The notes: generated by a model from the letters alone, not told the origin. A stretch of 64,000 nt of DNA from Candidatus Woesearchaeota archaeon (GCA_964409005.1 CAYPBR010000001.1:18383-82382); one strand, 5' to 3'. Shown: positions 41,630 to 52,410, numbered from the stretch's first letter. A program made the numbers and translations.

Positions 41630-43018
41630 TCATTTTTTTCTCCTCACTTTTATTTTTTGTTTCTCTGAAAGACTTTTAGGCTTTCTTTGCAAACTGCCTT
41701 CCGATTCCTGTCTATACTCATCATCAAGACACATTATATCAAAATTAGGTCGTAATATAACTGGATCAATTACTTCTAAATCTCTCATTTTAATTGACTG
41801 TAATCTCATAATATTTTCAAACTCATCATCTTTATCTTGTACTAACCCAACTACCATATTAGCTACTTCAACTATACCTCGTCCATATTTTACATGCTTC
41901 TTTTTTAATATACTTAATCCTTCAGCTTCATCAGTTAATTGGTTGCCTGTCCATACTGCTATTCCTTCATCTTGAAAATCTGTTGCAACTTCTTTTAAAT
42001 TCCATGCAATTTCAACTTGAGATTCCCAACTACGAGCACTTCCTAAATTAGAATTGTTAGGTCTCATAATATTAAGATAATCTGCAACGATCAAATCAAT
42101 TTTTTGACCATGTTGATCTTGTATTCGATCTGCTTCATTCTCCATTTCCGCTACTGTACTACTTCTTGGCAATGATACTATTTCAAAAAAGTTTTTTTTA
42201 GTTTTTCTATATTTTTGTATACCTTTTTCCCACACTAATAATTGTTTATCTGTAAACTTACCTAATCTAAAATTTGTATATTTTAATCTCATCAATCTTG
42301 AATCTGCTCTAAAGCCTACTTGTTCTTTTGACATTTCATAAGAAAAATAAGCTACATTAAACCCGTTATCCCATGCATATAATCCAAAATTCTCAAGTCC
42401 GATTGACTTTCCCATTCCAGATTCACCTATAAGAATTCCTATTTCACCTTTCATTAATCCACCGGAAGAATCATCAAATTTTTTAATTCCAGTTGGTATA
42501 CCTACGCTTGGTTGCTCCATTCTCGTTTTTATAATTGCTTTCCGTTCTTCATAATCTTTTAAATACTCACCTGTATAAATTCTTTTTCTTGTTATATCCA
42601 TTGACGATATTTGTCTAGCAATTTTTTTAACGCCTTCAATATCTTCTTTATCGACACACTCAAGCATATCCTCAGTTCTTTCAACTGAAAATCTAAGATA
42701 AAATAACTTATTTATTTTTTTAGTCATTGTAACAATATTTTTTGAAGAGATATTATCAATTCGACATTTAAACAATTTAATTATATATGGATTTACTAAC
42801 TCAATCTTTTTTACTCTTTCTTGTATTAATTCTCGAAACATATCTTTTGGAAATGTTGTTCGGTGTGTTTGTACTATATCAAAAAACAGTTTATAAGCCT
42901 TAATGGAAAATAAATCACGTCTTAAATTATCACACAACTTATAATCTTTTCTAACCAAATAAGAAATTATTCTTAATTCAAGTACAGTATCTCTAAATTG
43001 ATCATTTGTATCTGTCAA
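41630..43018 (-). CDS. dnaB: replicative helicase (DnaB-like)
   Basis: GIPTG, GESGMGKS, SYEM, VADYLNIM, WTGNQL. Confidence 0.92.
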   Translation of the reverse strand: MTDTNDQFRDTVLELRIISYLVRKDYKLCDNLRRDLFSIKAYKLFFDIVQTHRTTFPKDMFRELIQERVKKIELVNPYIIKLFKCRIDNISSKNIVTMTKKINKLFYLRFSVERTEDMLECVDKEDIEGVKKIARQISSMDITRKRIYTGEYLKDYEERKAIIKTRMEQPSVGIPTGIKKFDDSSGGLMKGEIGILIGESGMGKSIGLENFGLYAWDNGFNVAYFSYEMSKEQVGFRADSRLMRLKYTNFRLGKFTDKQLLVWEKGIQKYRKTKKNFFEIVSLPRSSTVAEMENEADRIQDQHGQKIDLIVADYLNIMRPNNSNLGSARSWESQVEIAWNLKEVATDFQDEGIAVWTGNQLTDEAEGLSILKKKHVKYGRGIVEVANMVVGLVQDKDDEFENIMRLQSIKMRDLEVIDPVILRPNFDIMCLDDEYRQESEGSLQRKPKSLSEKQKIKVRRKK

Positions 43019-43805
43019 ATTTCATCCTCTCAATTTTCTTTAAAAAATATTCATCAAGATAATCTACTGTCTTATGTATTAAATTATTTTCCCATTCCAT
43101 ATTAATTTCTCTGCTTTTATCTTTTCCTAAAATATGTAACAGTTTCATTTTTCTTAACATTATTGAATATATACTTCTTCCTAGTTCTCTTTTTATATCT
43201 TCTTCTTTCCAATTAGTAGCAATATTAACTACTTTATTTTTCGGCAGTGTATTTCTAAAAAAATTTTCTAAACTTGATAATACATAATCCGATCCTTTTT
43301 TTCTATATGGTTTATCAAGTTCATCTAATAAAATTATATCTGCTGATTGTACTCTATTAACATTATATAAATCATCAACCATTTTATAGCTAATATAATC
43401 TTGAGTTGTTACATAAATTACCTTATAGCCTTTAATAATTGCTTCTTCACCTAATTTACATAATAAAAAAGTTTTTCCAATACCATTATTACCAATAAAT
43501 CCTAAAGCCAATCCTTTGTCTATTGCTGTTTCATAATTTTTAAGATATTTTAAAAAAAGTGTTTTTACATGAGGTGGTGATAATTGTAAGTCTTTAAATT
43601 TTAAGTGCCAATATTCTTTTGGTATCCTTGCATAAACTAATTCTTTAAGATATACAAAAATTTTCCTACAACTACATGCTTGTGTTTCATCATTTTTTAT
43701 AATCCATCCATCTTCACATTTTTCTTTACAACTATAAATTGTTTGATCTCTAAGTTTATATATTAATTTTGATTCAACATCAGTATATATTCGTTCGCTA
43801 ATCAT
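43002..43805 (-). CDS. DnaC/IstB-like AAA+ helicase loader
   Basis: CSC zinc motif, GNNGIGKT, LLDELD, ATN. Confidence 0.85.
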   Translation of the reverse strand: MISERIYTDVESKLIYKLRDQTIYSCKEKCEDGWIIKNDETQACSCRKIFVYLKELVYARIPKEYWHLKFKDLQLSPPHVKTLFLKYLKNYETAIDKGLALGFIGNNGIGKTFLLCKLGEEAIIKGYKVIYVTTQDYISYKMVDDLYNVNRVQSADIILLDELDKPYRKKGSDYVLSSLENFFRNTLPKNKVVNIATNWKEEDIKRELGRSIYSIMLRKMKLLHILGKDKSREINMEWENNLIHKTVDYLDEYFLKKIERMKFDRYK

Positions 43806-44517
43806 TTACCCATCCCTCTTCTTTATAATAGTCCAGTAGCTCCTCATCATATTCATCTAAGGTTCCTGCATCTCTGCGCTTAATGAGACTTTCAAATATT
43901 TTTCTCTCTTCAATTTTTGATTCTTCTTCATATCCTTTATCATAATCAACTTGTTTCAATTTAATAGACTTATTTTCTAAGTTAAAATCACTTATTATAT
44001 TCTTATGACAAAATACTGCGGAATTAAAATAAGAAATACGTGGTGCTTTTACTCTAAAATACCAATTAATATAATTCTCTAAATTCTCATCTCCTATTTT
44101 ATCCAGAAGATTTTTTAATTGTACCGATATTCTCCAATAAAATTTAGAGTATACTGTAATACTAGTATAGTAATCTTTAGCTCTCTTTACTATAGTTTCC
44201 CATACCTTCTCCATAATATCAGTCTTATTAGTTGTAACATTCCTATAGTTCTCAGCTATCTTAATAGTAGTAGGTAGTAAAAATAAAAACCTCTTATATA
44301 GTATATTGTGAGCGTCGGCGTCGTTTAAAAATTCTGAAATTTGAGTATAAGATTTCCTTATAGTATGATAACCAATTTTAATTTCATTAGAAATATGTTT
44401 CATAGAAGGTACTTTATTATATTTTTGATAGTAAGCTGTACAATAAAGAAGAATAGTAATTGAATGATGATCTAGCTCTTGAAACATACTCTTGTTTACT
44501 TCAATAGTTAATTCCAT
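43798..44517 (-). CDS. possible replication initiator
   Basis: N-terminal HTH-like region, first gene of the loader-helicase cluster; call by context. Confidence 0.4.
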   Translation of the reverse strand: MELTIEVNKSMFQELDHHSITILLYCTAYYQKYNKVPSMKHISNEIKIGYHTIRKSYTQISEFLNDADAHNILYKRFLFLLPTTIKIAENYRNVTTNKTDIMEKVWETIVKRAKDYYTSITVYSKFYWRISVQLKNLLDKIGDENLENYINWYFRVKAPRISYFNSAVFCHKNIISDFNLENKSIKLKQVDYDKGYEEESKIEERKIFESLIKRRDAGTLDEYDEELLDYYKEEGWVND

Positions 44518-44922
44518 AGTTGGATAACCTAATATTAATTTTTTAAATAGTCAAATTATTTTTGTTCTTCTATAGAAAGAAGTGATTTATCATATTTATT
44601 TAAAAAACTCGTATCCATTAATCTAAAAAAAGATATTTCTTTAGCGAGAATAAAAGCAACGTATTTTTCTTCAATATCCCTATAATCAAAATCTGAATCC
44701 TTATCATCATCTAAAAACTTTCTTAAAAGCAAAGCCATCCCAGGAAACGGAGTTGCTTCAATTTTAACTAAATTAAAATCAAATAAAATTTCATTCACAT
44801 TGGTTTGTTGCTCTTGAGGATAATTTTTAAGAATATTGCTTTTAAGAATTACATCGTTTTTTAAATGAATTTCTATTATAATATTATTATCTAAAAATGA
44901 CATTTATAAACCTCCTATACCA

Positions 44923-44954
44923 TATATAAACCCACGAAAACGCAAATCGTCCAC
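44923..44954 (-). promoter_or_regulatory. promoter-like motif class B, copy 2
   Basis: sense GTGGACGATTTGCGTTTTCGTGGGTTTATATA, directly after a terminator and before an RBS. Confidence 0.62.
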
Positions 44955-44989
44955 AAAAAAATAAACCCGACCATATTTCAGGTCGGGTT
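44955..44989 (-). terminator. intrinsic terminator
   Basis: AACCCGACC-N8-GGTCGGGTT stem followed by TATTTTTTT. Confidence 0.85.
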
Positions 44990-46007
44990 AAAATCATTTA
45001 ATATCATTAAGTATTATATTTGTTCTCTCTTGTCTTGGTGGATAAATATTCATAGGTGTATGAGCAATATCTTCACCACTATAGATAAAAAAATCTTTAA
45101 AAAATGCTTTTCCATCATTTAAAAATTTTGCACGTTCCCATATATTAGGAAAGTCTTTATACCACCAAGGCCCACCTTCTCTACTTATAGGTGCCCCTTT
45201 AAACCAATAATAAAGTCTTATAACTTTCATTTTTCTACCTCCTTATTAAAATTGCAAACCCTCAATTGAGGGCTATTTGTTTAACACCTCTTTTTCTTTT
45301 TTTTCTTTAATCGCTCAATTAGATTTTCTAATTGCTCAATTTTTTTATTCTTTTCCTCTATGATTTTATTACAATACTCTTTATGATCTTGATACATTAC
45401 TACATAACCATCAGATTCTTCACTATATTCAATTAATCCTCCCAAAGCCTCTACTGCATCGTATCTTTTCATTTTGTTACCTCCGTTATTAAAATTGCAA
45501 GGGAGTCAATCGACTCCCATTTACCTATAGTCTAATTTTTAATTGATCTTTCTGTGCTCTTGCAGGATCACCGTTTAACAATCTCACAACATAATCGAAA
45601 GAACCAAGTTTCAATTCAACTATAGCTTGAGTTAAAAATAGTATAGAAATTTTGCTTCGATACCAAACTTTATCACCTACTTCATAATTCATATTGCCCT
45701 CCATTTTTAAAATTGCAAGCCAGTCAATTGACTGGCTATTATAACTAATTTGCTACTCTTTCTCCGTCTATATCACAAAGCCACCTACATCACGAAGAGT
45801 GTAATCAGTTATTTCTAATTCAACACTATCAACCAAACTACGTTCTTGATTGATATTCAAAGAATTAAGTATATAATCAAAATACTCAATTTTTTCCGAA
45901 TCTCTATTGCCGTTAAAATCGTCTCTGTGAATTGTTATAATCATCTTACTACCTCCTTAATTAGTTTATTCAACAGGAAGCTCTTTTGGAGCTTCCCATT
46001 TAACAAA

Positions 46008-46433
46008 CTACCATTCTATTCCTACCGCAAATCTTGTTCTAATGCCACTCGCAAACTTGTCATAAAATTGGCCTTCATGACTATAGGCCGGGCGGATATA
46101 GTGACGATACAAATCCACATACAAATCCTTTGTTATGTTGATTTTTGTACCGACAATATAGATATCGCGATAAGGAGAAAAGCTGAGCTTTTCACTACGC
46201 TCCACCACACTACGCTCCACCAATACACTGATGCCACCATAAAGTGTCATCCAGTGCCAAGGCACAAATTGTACATTAATCTCTGTTTCAAATAACTCTA
46301 CTTCTTCTACATATCCAAATTGTGCGTTACCATGTATCTCAGCTCCCTCTGCTTTAAAGGCTATCATCATCTCAAGAGTAAAAATGACGAGAAAGATGAG
46401 TACTACCAAGCAAATCTTTTCAAATCTTTTCAT
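46008..46433 (-). CDS. putative outer-membrane beta-barrel protein
   Basis: signal peptide, amphipathic beta strands, C-terminal RFAVGIEW. Confidence 0.55.
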   Translation of the reverse strand: MKRFEKICLVVLIFLVIFTLEMMIAFKAEGAEIHGNAQFGYVEEVELFETEINVQFVPWHWMTLYGGISVLVERSVVERSEKLSFSPYRDIYIVGTKINITKDLYVDLYRHYIRPAYSHEGQFYDKFASGIRTRFAVGIEW

Positions 46434-46483
46434 AATGTTACCTCCTTAATAAGATTGCAAGGCCCCCAATTGGGGGCCTGTTC

Positions 46484-47386
46484 TTAAAGTCCGAATCGCT
46501 CACTGATCTGCCGGGAAAGGTCATTACGTCTTTCTTCACTAATGACATTATTGTGACTTAATGTATTAGTGAATGTATTCAGTAAATCCCATGAAGTCAT
46601 TTTCCTGGTCATCTCAAGTTCAACAGCACCTTCATTATCATTAAACTTTACAAACTTGTGATGTTCAAGATAATCCAATGCCTCATCCTGCATAAATCCC
46701 GGCACATCGTTCAAGTGCTCCTGTAATACAACAGGATTAACTTGTTGTTTTGAAAGAGCCACGATTTGCGGAAGAACCTTTCTATCAAAGTTAGCAAACT
46801 TTTCCATAAAACGTTCAACCATCTGTTGAATGTCAAGATTCTTTGAATGACGCTTTCTTTCAGAATAGAGCATTTCATTTACAGTTGCTCCATTTGTACA
46901 GATCAGTCTCAATATGTATGCACTGATCTCATATTTGATTGACCTGTCATAAGAATTCGTAATCTTAAATCCCGGTGCAATAACATCACCGACTTTAGGA
47001 TTTTCAACAGCGCATATACCAAGTTCCATTTCTTGTTTAAATCTGAACTCAGCATACATTCTCGCACCACCTCCTGACATTCTCATATTCACAGGTTCAA
47101 CTTCCGGCAATCCGTTTTTCTTGAAGGTGTCAATAACATTATAAACTGCTTCTTTGTGAGAAACAAGCTTATATTCTCTTGACACTACTCCAAGATTAAT
47201 ACCAGTCTTAGCATTATAAACGTTGTCAAAACCAGTATCATTCCCCTGTGAGTTAAACGACTCTTCCCTTTCAACTGGAAAGTTAAAAGCTTTAAGCTGT
47301 TCGGGTTTAAAAATTGTTTTAGTACTCATAGAGTACCTCCTTAAAAAGATTTTTGAATTGATATAACTTAATTCAACAGGAAACAC
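46484..47386 (-). CDS. DUF932/DUF945-family protein
   Basis: LGVVSREYKLVSH, NSYDRS, RLICTNG. Confidence 0.8.
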   Translation of the reverse strand: MFPVELSYINSKIFLRRYSMSTKTIFKPEQLKAFNFPVEREESFNSQGNDTGFDNVYNAKTGINLGVVSREYKLVSHKEAVYNVIDTFKKNGLPEVEPVNMRMSGGGARMYAEFRFKQEMELGICAVENPKVGDVIAPGFKITNSYDRSIKYEISAYILRLICTNGATVNEMLYSERKRHSKNLDIQQMVERFMEKFANFDRKVLPQIVALSKQQVNPVVLQEHLNDVPGFMQDEALDYLEHHKFVKFNDNEGAVELEMTRKMTSWDLLNTFTNTLSHNNVISEERRNDLSRQISERFGL

Positions 47387-47427
47387 TCTTTCAAATGTTT
47401 CCCATTTAATTAAGTTTATAAAAGATT

Positions 47428-47787
47428 TTACTCTTCTACAAGATACTCAATTAAAACATTGTAATAAATATTGTACCATACTTCTTTTTGATTCTCGTCA
47501 ATAAAACAATCATTAATGATTTTCATTAAAGGTTCATAATCACCAAACGTTGTAAAAGTTTTCATAAGTCTATAAATCGCAACAGAATCAATTTGCGTAT
47601 CTATATACTCTTTGTAAGTTGCTTCCATATAAACGCTAGCTAAACCTCCGAAATAACCCCGAAGATATATTTCTTTCTCACGATTAGTAAATGAAAGCCA
47701 ATCTTCTTTAATAAGCTCATACGCCATTGACTGGGAAACAATTAAAGCAAATAGCACAACTAAAACTAAAATCTTTTTAATGTTCAT
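47428..47787 (-). CDS. exported hypothetical protein
   Basis: signal peptide MNIKKILVLVVLFALIVSQSMA. Confidence 0.55.
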   Translation of the reverse strand: MNIKKILVLVVLFALIVSQSMAYELIKEDWLSFTNREKEIYLRGYFGGLASVYMEATYKEYIDTQIDSVAIYRLMKTFTTFGDYEPLMKIINDCFIDENQKEVWYNIYYNVLIEYLVEE

Positions 47788-49665
47788 AATAAACCTCCTT
47801 AAAGATTTTTAATAGAGTTTTACATTTAATTAAGCTAAATACTATTTGTATTACGATAATTAATATAATCTCTATATCTTTCTTTTCTTCTATCACCAAC
47901 ACCAACCCACGCAACATTACTAAAACATTCTTTGATATACCATCTTAGTTCAACTCCATCCCAATTATCAGGCATCTTGCTGATTTTCTCTAAAATCTCT
48001 TTCTTCACAATTTCAATCATTCCTTCGAGAAAATTTTTTCTTTCTTTTTCATTCATTTTACTACCTCCTTATAAGATTACGAAGGGAGTGTAAATTAAAT
48101 ACTCCCTTACTGAATTAATTTTCTTTCCGTACAATTTGAAAGCCTGCGCTTTTAAGAGCAACTCTGATTGAAGTAGCTATATCATATGGTTTATCTAATT
48201 TCATATTCTTAGCTGATACGACTCCTAAAATCATCGCATTTTCAATCATTGCATTCTTAACTACTTTATCTGTTTTTTTATCTGAAGCTGTCATTTTGCT
48301 ACCTCCTTAAATTTAATTCAGCAAGGGAGTCTTTTTCAAAACTCCTATGCTCAATCAAATAGTCTGTGGTTTCATAGCTTCTATATCAGTCAAACACAAT
48401 AATTTTACTTCTTTTTCAGTAAGGTAACTACAATTCCACAAACCATTTTTAATAGGTAATTTAAATTCATCAGGTCTTGTTTTCCATGTCTTTAAATTAC
48501 CATTCACCCTCCATCTTTGAGGAGTTCCATCTGCATTACGATTTATAACATGGTATAATATATCGCCATGTTTTAAGTTGTTTACTTCTTTTCTTGTTAT
48601 CATTTTAATACCTCCTTGTAAAATTACAAGGGAGTCGATTGACTCCCTGTTAAAGATCATTTAATAAATATCGCAACATGATCTTTATTTTCTCTAATAA
48701 TTATCTTTTCCAAATGCGAGCAACAGTTACCTGTCCACGTATCAACTTTAATATTACATACAGGACAAATAATATTTCTTGATTCAATTACTACTTTAAT
48801 CTTTTTCATTTTGTTACTCCCTTATAAGATTGCAAGGGAGTCGATTGACTCCCTGTGTAATTAATGTTTTTGAACTGTTATATAAAATTGTTCATCTGCT
48901 TTTGTTGTAATTACAATTCCTACATCATTAGTTAAAACACCTTGTTCTTCAAAACTGTTAAAAGTTCTAATCTCATCGACAATACTATCGTACATATCAT
49001 TGTCGCCTACTAATGTAATTCCTTCACAAAGTAAATCAATCACATCATTTACATCCATTTTTTTCTCCTTCACTTCTAAGATTACAAGGGAGCCGATTGA
49101 CTCCCTGTTATTATATCGCTAAAGCCTTTGCAAGATATTTAAAGAAGTGTAAACAATTACCATTTTTAAAATCAATCTTAACTAAAATATTTTTGATTTG
49201 TTTTTTTCTTTCTATGCAAGTATTTTTAATAGTATCTAAAACTACTTGCAATGGTATCATGTTTTCACCGCTCTCACCTTCTACAAAAAAGAAATCTTCA
49301 ACGTCATAACCTTTTTCTTCAACTAATGTATCTAACCATTCAGCAAATTTCATTTTATTTCTCCTTCATTTAATTTACTGCTTTGGCACTTCCAGAGCAT
49401 GATCTCTGATAAAGACTTCAAAGTGCCATAAATCTAATTCTTGCGGTAAATATTTATGCCGACATTGAAGTCAGCAACCTTTACGTTACCGCGAGTTGAA
49501 GCAAGAACCATTGATTTTCCTGATCCACTCAACGTTCCCTTTCCGCCCAAGTTAATTTCCATTTTGAGCTTCTTTGTTTTTGTATCATACTCGTACTTAA
49601 TCTCATCTGTTAATTTCTCCATCTTACTACCTCCGCATTTAATTTTACTTTTTTCTCTCATTAAG

Positions 49666-49692
49666 TATATTACGTAGTTACGTAACTTATGA
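49666..49692 (-). promoter_or_regulatory. promoter-like motif class A (TCATAAGTTACG-N3-YTACR...TAAT), copy 1
   Basis: invariant 12-mer cgtaacttatga also at 50768, 51932 and 52359. Confidence 0.65.
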
Positions 49693-50752
49693 TTAATTCA
49701 GCAAGGGAGCCTCTTACGAAGCTCCTATGCTCAATTAAAGATGCTCAAGGTATCTTGTTTTTCCACAATACTCACATGACAATCCTTTATCTGATATTCC
49801 ACTACACCAATGACATTTCATTTTCTGCGGTCTTATATCATCAATAACTTTTTCAACCATGTTCTGCATTATTCGCATACCACTTTTAGATATGCTTTTA
49901 ATTGGAGTAGTATTGAATTGATCTTTAAAAAGATAATCAGTTTCAACTTCAACTGTCATATTCTCAATTGCCTTGATCATGTCAGCCTACTGCCAATTAA
50001 CATGTCCAAATTTTGATATGTTGTGGATGTAAATACTTGATGCATTTGCTTTGATTTTAATCTTCATTTTGTTACCTCCGTCTTAGGATTGCGTCGGATC
50101 AAAGGAAAAGCGTTTTCACCTTGATCCGGTTAAAATTAAATAGTTGGTAGTCCAAGATAGTTATCGTCGCTCTCAAACCACTTTTTGAGTTTGGCGCACA
50201 TCTTTACAGATGCTTCATTTCTTAAATCGTACCAACCATCTTTGTCCAGTTCAGCATACTTCTTTGCAACTTCAACTATTGTTCTCCAAAAGCTCTGTTG
50301 TAAAGTTCTATGCTGATGAGTGATTGCATCGAAGAAATATTTAACGTGTTTTTCATAAGAAAAGTTATTAATCTCATTAAATAGCTGATCGACAATTTTT
50401 CTCATTGATTCACGTTCAGTTCTTTCTCTCATTGCATCTTCCATTTTTTCTTCTTCTGCTGGACTCATTTTACTACCTCCTTAAAGGATTTTTTATTTCT
50501 AAGATTGCAAGGGAGTCAATTGACTCCCTTTTGTTTAGCAAGATGTATTCAACTGTTCTTTAGTAGCGTAAAAAATTGCACAACTAACTTCAACTTCAGC
50601 TTTTGTCAATGAGCTAATAGTTGACAAGTTTGCTCTTGAGTTGGGTATACTTTCTTTTACTTTAATAAGGTCTTCCCTTGCTCTAAGTAATCTATCTTGA
50701 ACTGTCATTATGCTACCTCCTAAAGTTTTATATTTCATTCTCCCTCACTAAA

Positions 50753-50779
50753 TATATTACGTAACGCCGTAACTTATGA
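50753..50779 (-). promoter_or_regulatory. promoter-like motif class A, copy 2
   Basis: sense TCATAAGTTACGGCGTTACGTAATATA, downstream of a terminator. Confidence 0.65.
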
Positions 50780-50819
50780 TAAAGTACATTTCTATATATA
50801 TATGCCTTAACTTTTAGTT

Positions 50820-50850
50820 AAAAAAAACAGGGATCGTTAAATCCCTGTTT
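50820..50850 (-). terminator. intrinsic terminator
   Basis: AAACAGGGAT / ATCCCTGTTT stem running into a T tract. Confidence 0.8.
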
Positions 50851-51138
50851 CGTGTTTAATATGTAAATTTTGCATCTTTTGTCATTGACCACAACAAGGC
50901 ATCAGCATTAATTATTCCAACTCTGTTGTCATTAAGATATATACTAATCTCTTTTCCTACCAAGGACTTTGGTGTCCTATCGTTTATAAGATTAATAACA
51001 TCTTTTGTGATCTTTAACTCGCTCCTTTCCCTTATCTTATAGGTAAAGTTAAGTGCGTTTAAAGCTATACCTGTTTTTTCGGCATCGCCTTCACTCATTG
51101 TTCTCACCACCTTTCATTATAAGATTGCTTTTAAAAAA

Positions 51139-51380
51139 GAAGGAAGGGAAGGCCTTTTCCGGAAAAGGCCTTTTATCTTTATAGTGGGTTTCAGTTAGTT
51201 GATATTTTCAATCCACTAGGGATTAATTATAAACCTCCAAACCTATCGGAAGTACTCTCATAAGAGCCTCGGTCTACGGATAAAACCGCTTCCTTCCCGA
51301 GCTGTCACCCGGACTAACCTACATCAGTCTTTCCTGATAGCCAGATTATCTCGAAAACTTAGTGTCAAGTCCCTTCCTTC
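51139..51380 (-). ncRNA. candidate structured non-coding RNA (~240 nt)
   Basis: 11-bp closing stem GAAGGAAGGGA / TCCCTTCCTTC, several internal hairpins, GC-richer than the flanks, no ORF in the track. Confidence 0.55.
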
Positions 51381-51486
51381 AGTCGTACGACTTCTTATGT
51401 TACTGCTCCGATACCTTAGCGGATTCAGAATAACGAAGCAGTAGCATAAAAAGCGGAATATATTTCAACTCCGCTTCTCACGACAG

Positions 51487-51912
51487 TCATTTTACCAGGC
51501 TTATTTTCTTCTTTCCAGTTTTCTTTTTGGCAGTAACCGTGATCGTTTTCTTCCGTGTACCATTGGTTGCGCCAGAAGGAATGTCTCTCATGTCCAATTT
51601 ACCGAGTTCAACTGAAACAAGACCGGCATTCGTTTTGCGGGGAATATCAGGATTCATACTCTCAAGCTTGTCAAGAATCTGTTTTCTTGTCTTCCCAGCA
51701 CTTGCCATCTTGCGAATGACTCCAGTCTTTCCGCCTTTTCCATACTGATTATCAACAGTATGGACAGCAACTTTCTTTTCCGACGTTGTCTTCTTTACAA
51801 CGGGTTTTTTTGAAGTTGCTTTCTTTGTTGCTACTTTCTTTTTTACTACTGTCTTTGCTTTTGCCATTACTGGCCTCCTTAGAGTTTTTTTTATGAGGCT
51901 TTTTTTCCTCAC
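51487..51912 (-). CDS. Lys-rich histone H1-like protein
   Basis: KKPVVKK-type repeats around a small globular core; likely start at MAKAK. Confidence 0.6.
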   Translation of the reverse strand: MRKKSLIKKTLRRPVMAKAKTVVKKKVATKKATSKKPVVKKTTSEKKVAVHTVDNQYGKGGKTGVIRKMASAGKTRKQILDKLESMNPDIPRKTNAGLVSVELGKLDMRDIPSGATNGTRKKTITVTAKKKTGKKKISLVK

Positions 51913-51913
51913 T

Positions 51914-51965
51914 TATTTTATTATGTAGTGACGTAACTTATGACTTTTCACTACATAATAAAATA
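51914..51965. promoter_or_regulatory. class A promoter-like motif (copy 3) inside a perfect 18-bp inverted repeat
   Basis: tattttattatgtagtga-N16-tcactacataataaaata; the spacer contains cgtaacttatga. Confidence 0.65.
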
Positions 51966-52340
51966 GTCGCTGCTTTTTAAGAGCAAGGCTTTAAATTATT
52001 TTGTGTTTCAACGGTAATGTCTACTGACCGTTATCTTCTAAAGTAGCTAAAGCAGCGACTACTTAATTTACGCTTCCACAAAAGGTACTTTGAATAAATT
52101 GAGAAATATTTTATTCAACGAAACACGACCAATTACTTCGCTGTTCAATACTACTGCTACACTAGTCTTTGTTAGAGACTTTTCTTCTTCTTTCATCATA
52201 GACATGAGTTCTTTAGCAGTAAAATGATTCATCAATTCACTTAGCGAAGTAAAATGATAAAACTTACCATTTTGTGAGAACTGTACTCGGTATCTAATAT
52301 CTTCCATAATACACTCCCTAAATAGTTTATTCCCCTCACT

Positions 52341-52370
52341 TATATTATTGTGTAACGCCGTAACTTATGA
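52341..52370 (-). promoter_or_regulatory. promoter-like motif class A, copy 4
   Basis: sense TCATAAGTTACGGCGTTACACAATAATATA, directly after a terminator. Confidence 0.65.
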
Positions 52371-52377
52371 CTTTAAT

Positions 52378-52410
52378 AAAAAAAAGAGGCTAGTTTAAAC
52401 CTAGCCTCTT
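52378..52410 (-). terminator. intrinsic terminator
   Basis: AAGAGGCTAG / CTAGCCTCTT stem followed by a T tract. Confidence 0.85.

Larger units (their letters stand above)
45248..50529 (-). repeat. dispersed intergenic hairpin plus TTGYAATYTT / YTGYTGAAT element, about 14 copies
   Basis: copies near 45248, 45491, 45709, 45968, 46451, 47371, 48073, 48315, 48620, 48826, 49078, 49695, 50085, 50501; stems covary. Confidence 0.85.

Noticed and set aside
51956..52339. Self-targeting by the guides: spacer ATAATAAAA matches near 51956 and CTGAGGGGA nearly matches 52331-52339
   Set aside because: The partner spacers do not match adjacently over 9 nt, and 9-mer hits are expected by chance in 64 kb of AT-rich DNA. 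A systematic paired search is needed.
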